DNA from: a virus
Taxonomy: Duplodnaviria; Caudoviricetes
Virus record (IMG/VR): IMGVR_UViG_3300027886_000011
Span: 1 to 31,800 of that record
Direction: 5' to 3' (one strand)
Length of the DNA stretch: 31,800 nucleotides
Shown: positions 1 through 7,186 of the stretch, in pieces
How positions within the stretch are numbered: position 1 is the stretch's first letter
How the letters are laid out: the number at the start of each line of letters is the position of its first letter
Program-made: the position numbers and the translations under genes
Notes under the pieces: model-generated
Told to the model about the DNA's origin: nothing
What the model saw: the letters and a program-made list of their open reading frames with translations, nothing else
Databases searched by the model: none

Positions 1-201
1 GTTTTCATCTTTATGCCCCGTTGACGTAGCGAACCAACTTCGGATCGATGCGGCAATCAAACCTGCATTGAGAGCCTCATCGAATGTGTCGTAAGCGCGT
101 GCAGACACATCGTGAATGAGTGTGAACCGTGCGCCACGGGTATCGATCCGATAACCGTGTTCCTTGAGAAGTGCGTACTGATGATCTCTGTCTCTGTCCA
201 T
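1..201 (-). CDS. Hypothetical early protein, runs off the window edge (MDRDRDHQYALLKEHGYRID...)
   Basis: Read by hand: ATG at 201, GAGGAAGG RBS just upstream, open frame to position 1, directly downstream of a consensus promoter. Confidence 0.7.
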   Translation of the reverse strand, partial: MDRDRDHQYALLKEHGYRIDTRGARFTLIHDVSARAYDTFDEALNAGLIAASIRSWFATSTGHKDEN

Positions 202-230
202 AATGAATCCTTCCTCGATGTGCCGTGCAA

Positions 231-259
231 ATTATACCATGAATCACTCAGCTTGTCAA
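231..259 (-). promoter_or_regulatory. sigma70-type promoter TTGACA-17-TATAAT with extended -10 TG
   Basis: Reverse complement reads TTGACA agctgagtgattcatgg TATAAT. Confidence 0.85.
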
Positions 260-322
260 TAGGCAGAATTTACACGATGGTATGTAAATATTACCCTGTT
301 TACCTGTTCACCCGATGAACAG

Positions 323-595
323 CTAACCTCCATGCGTCGTCTTGACCTTTGTGATCCATCCTTCCTTTGCTGTATAAACGATAGTTCCGAGAGGACATTC
401 TTCCATCCCGTTACCATGAATGACTCCGTATTCGAGAACTACCAGGTGCGCGTCTGCGACGACACGCGCCCACTGCTTATCCGTGTTCATCGTCGACCAA
501 TCTTCAAGGGCCGCACGGATTTCTAATGTTCGACGCTTCTCTCTATCCTGAATAACCGCAGTCATCACACGCAACCTCATTCCATGTAGACCCAC
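323..595 (-). CDS. Hypothetical protein (start codon uncertain)
   Basis: ORF collinear with the leftward gene cluster. Confidence 0.55.
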   Translation of the reverse strand: MGLHGMRLRVMTAVIQDREKRRTLEIRAALEDWSTMNTDKQWARVVADAHLVVLEYGVIHGNGMEECPLGTIVYTAKEGWITKVKTTHGG

Positions 596-974
596 ATTGT
601 GGGCAAATCGACTTTCTACTCTTGACTTTTACTTCGGTTCGTCGGTTCGTTTTCTTCGGTTCGTCGAATATCTTGTGCCATGATCCTTGGGTCAGATATT
701 GCCTTATTTTGTCCTCTGACCAGTTGTCGATCTTTGCAAGTTGTCTGATCCACCATTCTCTCGACAAGGAGCGCACAAACTCGTATCTGGAGCAACAGAC
801 ATAACCTTGTATGCCTAGACTCCAATCAATCTTACGATTCATTAGAGTCACGTCATCTGCGTATGGCACAACGTTAATCAGCGCACCAGTTTTGTGACAG
901 TCCCCTTGACAACATTTATTGCTGTGGCGCGCACTGCGCTCGTTGTCGAATGCCTCACACTTCAGGATATACAT
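543..974 (-). CDS. Cys-rich hypothetical protein with C-terminal double CxxC zinc ribbon
   Basis: Ends CPQCGSTWNEVACDDCGYSG; ATG at 974 follows the upstream stop directly. Confidence 0.7.
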   Translation of the reverse strand: MYILKCEAFDNERSARHSNKCCQGDCHKTGALINVVPYADDVTLMNRKIDWSLGIQGYVCCSRYEFVRSLSREWWIRQLAKIDNWSEDKIRQYLTQGSWHKIFDEPKKTNRRTEVKVKSRKSICPQCGSTWNEVACDDCGYSG

Positions 975-976
975 GA

Positions 977-1399
977 TTAGCCTGTATGTCCACAACTATC
1001 GCAGATAACTTGATTCCACCGACTATCGCAATTGGGACAATGCTTGTCTTTCCAAGCACGTCTTCTTCGCCAAGTGCTCTTACCTTTGTCGGTGTGCTCT
1101 TTGTGACTTCTGATTGCTATTTCGAAGTCCGATTTCTTTAGCTCTCCGAGCCAGGGACTGAGTAGCTCATAAACCTTCTCAATCTCAACGATCTTGCTGG
1201 TCCGCAGAGCATAGATTTCTCTCGTCCCATGCATCTTATAAATCTTTCCAATACCAGTCGCGGCTTGGAAGCGATACAGGAGCGGAGAGAACTTTTGCTG
1301 AATTGACAATTGGATCAGGCGCGCACCATCAATGTTATAATACTTGATGCAACCCTCACCATCAAAGAAACCAGCGCACCAAGCTAGTTCCTCTGACAT
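977..1399 (-). CDS. Single-motif LAGLIDADG homing endonuclease-like protein with C-terminal zinc ribbon
   Basis: ELAWCAGFFDGEGCI is a LAGLIDADG helix, followed by LSIQQK...LLYRFQAATGIGKI; ends CPNC...CDSCG. Confidence 0.85.
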   Translation of the reverse strand: MSEELAWCAGFFDGEGCIKYYNIDGARLIQLSIQQKFSPLLYRFQAATGIGKIYKMHGTREIYALRTSKIVEIEKVYELLSPWLGELKKSDFEIAIRSHKEHTDKGKSTWRRRRAWKDKHCPNCDSRWNQVICDSCGHTG

Positions 1400-1902
1400 T
1401 ACTTTCCTTTCATACCTTGAATGAGCTTGACTGCCATCTCACGAGTCTGACCTGCAGCGACCAGTTTGTTGACCAGATTCTCGAATGCTTGTGATCCAGC
1501 GTCACCGACGATCACGGGCTTAGCTTCTCTTGGCTTACCTGTCTTGATTGTTCCATCTGAATTCATCGCGGGCCGCGCCTTGGCCCGATACTTTTTATCA
1601 GCGACTCTCAGAGCTTCGCGCTGCTCAGTGGTAGCTTGCTCAGCCCACTCATCATCGACATCCATCGTGGCCTGTAGTTGAGTCTGCAGAATCTTAATGT
1701 GATCTTCGATGTCTGCAATGTGGAATTTCACCTGTTCCGGTGTCATATCCGACACCTTGAGTGAATTGTATTTGTCAATATATGCCCTTTTCAGACGATC
1801 CTGAATTGGGCTGTCACTGACCGGAACCTCAATCTCGGTTGACTTCGGTTCGTCGCTGTTCATCGAGTGAACAGCTAACTCTTGATCATTATCGTTCGTC
1901 AC
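1399..1902 (-). CDS. Hypothetical protein with coiled-coil segment
   Basis: 167-aa ORF overlapping both neighbours; AAAGGAA RBS for the next gene at its end. Confidence 0.7.
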   Translation of the reverse strand: MTNDNDQELAVHSMNSDEPKSTEIEVPVSDSPIQDRLKRAYIDKYNSLKVSDMTPEQVKFHIADIEDHIKILQTQLQATMDVDDEWAEQATTEQREALRVADKKYRAKARPAMNSDGTIKTGKPREAKPVIVGDAGSQAFENLVNKLVAAGQTREMAVKLIQGMKGK

Positions 1903-2366
1903 TTTGCCTCCGCTGCAATCTGATCAATACTTCGGTTCGCTGACCAGAACTTCTCTGTATGGAATAGTAGCTCGTCAAGAATCATGGTGAAACGCGCACC
2001 ATGATCTGACCTGCCAAACTTCAGAAACTCTACGACGTGCGCGTATTCATGAATTACGATACCCGCGCGTAGACGACCGTATGGCTTATTTGGGTCGGTC
2101 ATTGGCGTGATTGGGAGACTCATATAGCCTCTACCATGCTTGATACCGCCCCAACCACGAGCGGCTGTCATGCCTACTCGTGGACGTCGGAGTCTGACCT
2201 TGGGGATCTGAACAGTACTTTCCGGAAATGCGTGATTGTGCATTACGGCGACTAGCAAGTATGCCATCGAAGCGTCGCACGAGGTTCTATGTGCGGCGCG
2301 CAACCTTGCAGGGTTCATTGTCTGCCGCGATACTATGTCGTATTCACCGGGGATAATTTTGGACAT
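1899..2366 (-). CDS. SprT-like zinc metalloprotease-domain protein
   Basis: IVIHEYAHVVEF...SDHGARF: HExxH plus the downstream HGxxF motif of SprT-like proteins. Confidence 0.7.
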   Translation of the reverse strand: MSKIIPGEYDIVSRQTMNPARLRAAHRTSCDASMAYLLVAVMHNHAFPESTVQIPKVRLRRPRVGMTAARGWGGIKHGRGYMSLPITPMTDPNKPYGRLRAGIVIHEYAHVVEFLKFGRSDHGARFTMILDELLFHTEKFWSANRSIDQIAAEAK

Positions 2367-2658
2367 ATGATCTCAATTTCACTTCGTAATTGTCACTCAA
2401 TCTGTAAACGTCCGACGTTTGTTTCACAATACGCTCGAATCTCAATATTGCGAGAGCTTTGTCCGCGTCGAAACTCGGAATGCCCTGATAGTCCTGAAGT
2501 TTCTGCAGTATTTTACGTCTGCTTAACTCTTGACCGCTTGACTCCGACAAAAATCTCACAATAAGTAATTCGACGTTTGGCATGGGTTTGAGCCAATATG
2601 CTTTTCTCTTGTGTTTCACGTATGCTTCTAGTTCACGTCTAGTGCATTTCACCGTCAT
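2344..2658 (-). CDS. Putative winged-helix DNA-binding protein
   Basis: IVRFLSE..GQELSRRKILQKL...DADKALAILRFERIVKQTSDVYRL fits three helices plus a wing hairpin. Confidence 0.5.
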   Translation of the reverse strand: MTVKCTRRELEAYVKHKRKAYWLKPMPNVELLIVRFLSESSGQELSRRKILQKLQDYQGIPSFDADKALAILRFERIVKQTSDVYRLSDNYEVKLRSYVQNYPR

Positions 2659-2690
2659 GAATAGTGTGTAACTTTTACACTATTCGCCTG

Positions 2691-2986
2691 TAAGTGCTTT
2701 ACTTGCAAGCACTTAGCGGCATATACGGCATTATACCATACCCCCCTGCCAATGTCAACCCCCCTAGCCGTTCATCGGTTGAACGGCTGTATCGGTTAGG
2801 GTTAAAATATAAAAAAAAAAATAAAAAAAGAAAAGACACACATATAGTGGCCTTGCAAAACAAGCCCCCCCCCACTAAGCCGCTAAGTGCTTGCGCTGCA
2901 ATGGTTTAGCGCCATATCGCGCACGCAATCCTAACTAGACAAACACTAGACAGACACTTGAAACAAACGAGAAACAAACGAGAAAC
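2691..2986. repeat. Origin-like non-coding segment: 16-bp inverted repeat, A-tract, C-tracts, 11-bp direct repeats
   Basis: gcaagcacttagcggc (2705-2720) vs gccgctaagtgcttgc (2879-2894); A-run ~2804-2836; actagacaaac/actagacagac and gaaacaaacga x2.5 (2934-2986). Confidence 0.6.
2730..2758 (-). promoter_or_regulatory. sigma70-type promoter TTGACA-17-TATAAT
   Basis: TTGACA ttggcaggggggtatgg TATAAT on the minus strand, upstream of the 2658 gene. Confidence 0.85.
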
Positions 2987-3067
2987 GTACTCTCGCTGCA
3001 TTTTAGTGCATTGAGAGTCTTTGCCGCTATGTCAAGGTTCGATTGACGTAAACCCTCACATTGAGGC

Positions 3068-3102
3068 AAAAAATATCGGGGAGTTTGCTGTCCTCCCCGA
3101 AT
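3068..3102 (-). terminator. Rho-independent terminator of the 3117-3599 gene
   Basis: Minus strand: tcggggag-loop-ctccccga followed by tatttttt. Confidence 0.75.
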
Positions 3103-3116
3103 AGGCCGTCTGCGGC

Positions 3117-3599
3117 CTACATCCCCATCGCGTTGATGCGCTTGAGTGCTTCCTCCTCCGAGATGTTGAACGCCTTTGCGAGCGACTTCGCCGCGGCCTG
3201 CTTGGCCTTGTCCGGTCCCTCAACCAAGACCGCGAGGCGCTGACTCTCGCGATTCTTCACACCGAGATCGTTGCCGTAGAAAAAGTCCTTGACCCAGCAC
3301 GGCCCGTCGAAATCGGAAATGTCGTTTCCGTCCTTGTCCGTTTCCTTTTTCCACGTTGTCTCGACCGGCTGCAACGCAACCACTGCGACGCCCGTGGTTG
3401 GCTTCAGGCGGAGATACTGCTTGGAATACATCTTGCCGTCGACCTTGCGCTTGCTGACCGTGATGTCGGCCACGATCTCACCAGCCTTGATCAAGCGCTG
3501 AACTTCCTCGGACTCTTTCGCGATCTCCGTTGCCAGATCCAGCTCACCGCCCATCAGGGTGACAACTTCCTCAGCCTTTTCCGCGCGCATTTTCTTCAT
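3117..3599 (-). CDS. Hypothetical early protein (160 aa)
   Basis: Own promoter, AGGTAGGA RBS and terminator; visibly GC-rich third codon positions. Confidence 0.8.
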   Translation of the reverse strand: MKKMRAEKAEEVVTLMGGELDLATEIAKESEEVQRLIKAGEIVADITVSKRKVDGKMYSKQYLRLKPTTGVAVVALQPVETTWKKETDKDGNDISDFDGPCWVKDFFYGNDLGVKNRESQRLAVLVEGPDKAKQAAAKSLAKAFNISEEEALKRINAMGM

Positions 3600-3655
3600 T
3601 GTGTAATTCCTACCTTGTGCCCTGTCGGGCGTTTACCGTTTCCTGCTACCTTTTA

Positions 3656-3683
3656 AGTATAGCACCTTTTCAGGGTTTGTCAA
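3656..3683 (-). promoter_or_regulatory. sigma70-type promoter TTGACA-16-TATACT
   Basis: TTGACA aaccctgaaaaggtgc TATACT with extended -10 TG. Confidence 0.7.
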
Positions 3684-3748
3684 GGGGCACGTTGAACTTT
3701 TTTTTTCGCTTGCTGGCTGTTCAACCCTAGCCCGTTTTCCATTCCTGT

Positions 3749-3776
3749 ATTATAGCATACTGGAATGGAATGTCAA
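3749..3776 (-). promoter_or_regulatory. sigma70-type promoter TTGACA-16-TATAAT
   Basis: TTGACA ttccattccagtatgc TATAAT. Confidence 0.75.
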
Positions 3777-3853
3777 GCCTTGCGCTTACCGTGCATATGG
3801 CCCATCGCATAGGCGATCATAGAGAACCATGCGATCCATGATACACAGAACAT
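3773..3853 (-). CDS. 26-aa hydrophobic micro-protein MFCVSWIAWFSMIAYAMGHMHGKRKA
   Basis: GAGAGG RBS and ATG just downstream of promoter 3871-3899. Confidence 0.45.
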   Translation of the reverse strand: MFCVSWIAWFSMIAYAMGHMHGKRKA

Positions 3854-3870
3854 CTCTTACCTCTCAGACA

Positions 3871-3899
3871 ATGATACCACATGGCGCGCGCCCTGTCAA
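3871..3899 (-). promoter_or_regulatory. sigma70-type promoter TTGACA-17-TATCAT
   Basis: TTGACA gggcgcgcgccatgtgg TATCAT. Confidence 0.7.
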
Positions 3900-4012
3900 G
3901 TATGTAGTCTTTACACTACTCTCAGGCGCGCGCCACCACGTAGAAGCATAGACACAGCCCACCTACCTAGCTTGCGGTATTGCTTGCGTGTCAATGTGAT
4001 GAACATAGACAC

Positions 4013-4041
4013 ATGATACCATGTATATATATTTTTGTCAA
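4013..4041 (-). promoter_or_regulatory. sigma70-type promoter TTGACA-17-TATCAT
   Basis: TTGACA aaaatatatatacatgg TATCAT. Confidence 0.7.
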
Positions 4042-4398
4042 GTGCCCTATTTTTTATAGGGCTGACGCCCTATGCTCACGGTCGTCGTTTGCTCTCCTCC
4101 CCCTGTCGGGGGAGTATGTCCCGCTCCGCGGGTCCCATTTCCCCCTGCGGGGGAAGGCTAGTCATCACACGTCTTTTTGTGCTGCTTATAAAAAGGGTCC
4201 CATATTAGACGGGTCCCATATAGATAATACGATACGACAGACATACTAGCTGTTCACTCGGTGAACGGCATGTAAAAATTACACACCGCCTACGATTCGT
4301 TTTAAGGCTCGATCTTGGCGAAAACGAAGTGAACTGCGTTTCTGAAAAGATCGAGCCTTAGAAGCGATCCTAGTGCGTTCTAGGGGCACTGTAGGCTA

Positions 4399-4428
4399 TT
4401 GACATCTTTACCCGTGTTGAGCCATACT
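4399..4428 (+). promoter_or_regulatory. Rightward promoter TTGACA-18-CATACT for the packaging/structural operon
   Basis: Perfect -35 and near-consensus -10, about 50 nt before the ATG at 4479 (AGGA RBS). Confidence 0.55.
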
Positions 4429-4478
4429 ATGCACGGCGGCAGCCACGTCAAACCGACATAGCTCAGCAGGACCATCCT

Positions 4479-5135
4479 ATGTTTATCTCCGAGGAAGAAT
4501 CTGATCGACGGAGAAATTCAACTGATAACTTGCTGCATCGATTAGGTCGGCTTCGTCCACAAGTACCTGCGCCACCTGTCTCGCAAGTGGACATTGCCCT
4601 GGATGACGCTGCGGAATGCCCAACCGATCCCTCAGAAGATGATGCGGTTCGCTTGGCAATTCTCGCGGGTCGAAGACACCTCAAGACCTCTGATCAACGC
4701 GGGGGTCGGTATCCTCAACAGGGCAATGTCCCTCCAATCTTTAGAGCCTTGGCAGGTTCTGCTGCAAAGCTCGGAACTACTGCTGCGACTGCTAAAGCTT
4801 GGGGAATGAACCCGACGATGGTTCATCACTACAAGCACGGCCGCACCTCTCAAGACAAAGAATCACCTGGTCTAGCCGAAGCAGTAGATCATAACACCCT
4901 CCTCATAAGATCCCAGGTTCTTGATGTTCTGAACGAAACTGTAGGTCTGATTACTACAGAGAAACTTGAGAACCAAAACGCGCGCGAGTTGTCGATGATA
5001 GCTCGTAACCTTTCAGGCATTCTCGCTTCGACGAAGCCAACTGTTATAACTCCTCCTGCTAACAATGCTCAAGTAATAGTCTTTGCTCCAGAGCAGGAGA
5101 AAGAGACACATTACGAGACTATAGAAATCGGTTGA
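4479..5135 (+). CDS. Probable terminase small subunit / HTH protein
   Basis: HTH-like TAATAKAWGMNPTMVHHYKHG, helical middle, C-terminal beta tail (AQVIVFAP); first gene of the packaging operon. Confidence 0.45.
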   Translation: MFISEEESDRRRNSTDNLLHRLGRLRPQVPAPPVSQVDIALDDAAECPTDPSEDDAVRLAILAGRRHLKTSDQRGGRYPQQGNVPPIFRALAGSAAKLGTTAATAKAWGMNPTMVHHYKHGRTSQDKESPGLAEAVDHNTLLIRSQVLDVLNETVGLITTEKLENQNARELSMIARNLSGILASTKPTVITPPANNAQVIVFAPEQEKETHYETIEIG

Positions 5136-5163
5136 TCGACGAACCGAAGTAAAGGTGTGATTC

Positions 5164-5721
5164 ATGCAAGGTTATGTTCGTAAGATATTTCTAGATAAAG
5201 GATTCGCGTTCATCGAAGGCTCAGACCAAAGGGACTACTTTTGTCACTGGTCTAAAATCCTTCGATCCTCTGTGCCTTTCAGAAATATGAAAGAGGGAGA
5301 TAAAGTTAGCTTTACATATGAGGAAGGTGACCAAGGTCCGAAAGCGATGAACGTGCTAATCATTAGAGAGGATCCAAATGGCAGAACCGACACCAACGAC
5401 CTCAGACAAGGACGCGAATCGACCGTCGGGGGAACAGAGGGAGGGTTATGTACCGGGAACGGCGACAAAAGTTCCTCTGAACCCGCACGGAGTAGAGAAT
5501 CTTCCTCCGGAACCGGAACCTCGAATCAAGGACCCGGCTTCAACAATCTCGGTCAATACAGCGACCTCCTTCGGAGGGACGACGCCGCTCAGTCCAGGAG
5601 CGGGTCGCACGATGAAGCAAGTGATCGACCTTGCCCGGCAGACCGAGCAGAGGAGAGACACAAAGAAGGAGATCTTCATCAATCTGTCGACGCCACTGAA
5701 CATCAAGACCAAACACGGTGA
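5164..5721 (+). CDS. Cold-shock domain protein (CSD in first ~69 aa) with long overlapping tail
   Basis: KGFAFI (RNP1), DYFCHWS (RNP2), EGDKVSF...GPKAMNV. Confidence 0.85.
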   Translation: MQGYVRKIFLDKGFAFIEGSDQRDYFCHWSKILRSSVPFRNMKEGDKVSFTYEEGDQGPKAMNVLIIREDPNGRTDTNDLRQGRESTVGGTEGGLCTGNGDKSSSEPARSRESSSGTGTSNQGPGFNNLGQYSDLLRRDDAAQSRSGSHDEASDRPCPADRAEERHKEGDLHQSVDATEHQDQTR

Positions 5722-6436
5722 AGTCCAGGCAGGTCCTGGTGATATCGTGATGCGCGTCGGAGGTCATCACGCCGTTTTTACGCAGGACGCTTTCGAAGAA
5801 CTCGGCGATTTCGACTTCAGTGCAGGGAACTACGATACACTCCTGCGAGAAACTCTGAAGCGTGGCGTTATTGCCCGTCGTCTCGATGACGGAAACCATC
5901 TGCCCCTCACTCCAGAGCAGGAAGCCGAAGCCGACGCAAACATCGAGAAGGAAGTCGCGCGCGCCAGAGAGGCTAGAGAAACTGAACGGGCGCGCAAACA
6001 GAAGCTCGTTGAGGCGTTCTCGAAACAGGGCAGAGAGGGCGAAGGTGCAGGAGTAACGGTCGCACAGGTCTGGAACGTCGTAGATTCCAGTGAGGGTCCA
6101 CCCACGGCGACCCCAAGTGAAACTGCGACACTAGTTCCCCAGGCCATCCCCATCGAAGTTGTCGACGCTGGAGGTGAGGCGCCCCCTCCCGAGGGAGTGG
6201 ACGCGACAGGAGCGACAGCAGGAAGTCCTGGCTCTTTCACTCCGAGCGGCGCAACACCAGCGGCAGACCTCGCAGGTCTCAGCGCCTGTATAGCCAGCCC
6301 GACGACTCCGTGGACTGAAGGTCAGCACGTCATTCTCGGCGACGGCAGCCACGCATACTGGGACGGAACGGCCTGGTTAGCAGGCGACGCTCCAGCACCG
6401 ATCGGTCGAAGCGCAGTTCCATCAAGTCGACGATAA
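5378..6436 (+). CDS. Hypothetical 352-aa protein with Pro/Thr-rich linker and Trp-rich C-terminal module
   Basis: GAGAGGA RBS; C-terminus ASPTTPWTEGQHVILGDGSHAYWDGTAW. Confidence 0.75.
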   Translation: MAEPTPTTSDKDANRPSGEQREGYVPGTATKVPLNPHGVENLPPEPEPRIKDPASTISVNTATSFGGTTPLSPGAGRTMKQVIDLARQTEQRRDTKKEIFINLSTPLNIKTKHGEVQAGPGDIVMRVGGHHAVFTQDAFEELGDFDFSAGNYDTLLRETLKRGVIARRLDDGNHLPLTPEQEAEADANIEKEVARAREARETERARKQKLVEAFSKQGREGEGAGVTVAQVWNVVDSSEGPPTATPSETATLVPQAIPIEVVDAGGEAPPPEGVDATGATAGSPGSFTPSGATPAADLAGLSACIASPTTPWTEGQHVILGDGSHAYWDGTAWLAGDAPAPIGRSAVPSSRR

Positions 6437-6473
6437 CGACGAACCGAAGTAGAAGTAAAGGGCGTGGGAGTAA

Positions 6474-6508
6474 AAAAGGGGGGTGGGAGTTGAAGCTCCC
6501 ACCTTCTT
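6474..6508 (+). terminator. GC-rich hairpin, possible weak or bidirectional terminator
   Basis: ggtgggagt-tgaa-gctcccacc followed by ttctt and preceded by an A-run. Confidence 0.45.
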
Positions 6509-6520
6509 ATAGGAGAAGTC

Positions 6521-6784
6521 ATGTATCCTCCAGATGACGGGGCGCCCCCGAGAGGGCGTGGACAAAACCTAACCCCAGGAGTTCCCAGAGGTCCAATGCC
6601 TGGGAGAGGTCCAATGCCTGGTATGGGCGCGCCACAGGGTCTAGGTGCAGGTGTGCCTCGAATGCCAATGGGAGCGCCCCCGATGGCAGGTCCGCCGATG
6701 GGACCTCCCCCGATGGCTCCTCAAGGTCCAGATCCAGTTATGCTAGAGAGGATGAGACAACAGCGTCCTCCGCGACTTTACTAA
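6521..6784 (+). CDS. Pro/Gly/Met-rich low-complexity protein
   Basis: AGGAG RBS; PRGPMPG repeats. Confidence 0.65.
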   Translation: MYPPDDGAPPRGRGQNLTPGVPRGPMPGRGPMPGMGAPQGLGAGVPRMPMGAPPMAGPPMGPPPMAPQGPDPVMLERMRQQRPPRLY

Positions 6785-6785
6785 C

Positions 6786-6932
6786 ATGCCTGCCAAGTCT
6801 GCTAAGCAGTATCGTTTCATGCAGGCAGCCGCGCACGGTGGACTAAAGGGTCCTCAGAAGATCGACCCTTCTGTTGCAAAGGAGTTTGTCGATAAGACTC
6901 CTCCAAAGAAAAGAAAACTGTGGAGTAAGTAA
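6786..6932 (+). CDS. 48-aa basic phage protein MPAKSAKQYRFMQAAAHGG...
   Basis: Read by hand; fills the gap exactly and overlaps the next gene (TAATG); resembles small MPxKSxxQxRxM proteins found near phage head genes. Confidence 0.75.
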   Translation: MPAKSAKQYRFMQAAAHGGLKGPQKIDPSVAKEFVDKTPPKKRKLWSK

Positions 6933-7153
6933 TGCCGACGTACAGCATTCCGGCTGGTGTGCCAACCCAGATTCTGCAGAACGTGATATACGCGCTCCCT
7001 GCTAGAGCATGCTATCTGTTCTCTGAACCTGCGTGTGAGATTGGTCAAACTCTGACAGGTCCATGGGCGGCACCTGTAGCGAATGTCCCAGTTGTAGCAT
7101 GTTTCATTCGTTGTACGACTGGTGCGGCTCTGGTGACAGCTAAGCTCCTGTAA
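6932..7153 (+). CDS. Hypothetical 73-aa protein
   Basis: Translationally coupled ORF. Confidence 0.7.
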   Translation: MPTYSIPAGVPTQILQNVIYALPARACYLFSEPACEIGQTLTGPWAAPVANVPVVACFIRCTTGAALVTAKLL

Positions 7154-7186
7154 CTAAGAACCGAAGTAAAGTGAAGTAAAGTTTAG

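Noticed and set aside
2694-2909. Plus-strand ORFs in the early region (2694-2909, also 112-318, 332-526, 3980-4249)
   Set aside because: They overlap promoters, repeats or better-supported minus-strand genes and lack an RBS
3007-3035. Extra minus-strand TTGACA hexamers at 3030-3035 and 3989-3994
   Set aside because: No plausible -10 box at 16-18 bp spacing
305-4267. GTTC-N7-GAAC palindromes as LexA boxes
   Set aside because: Spacing and orientation differ from the LexA motifs I know (GAAC-N4-GTTC, GTTC-N7-GTTC, TGTTC-N4-GAACA); left as an unassigned operator
628-7170. CGACGAACCGAAGT copies or HxD repeats as a CRISPR array
   Set aside because: Copies are short and dispersed without regular spacers; no cas genes
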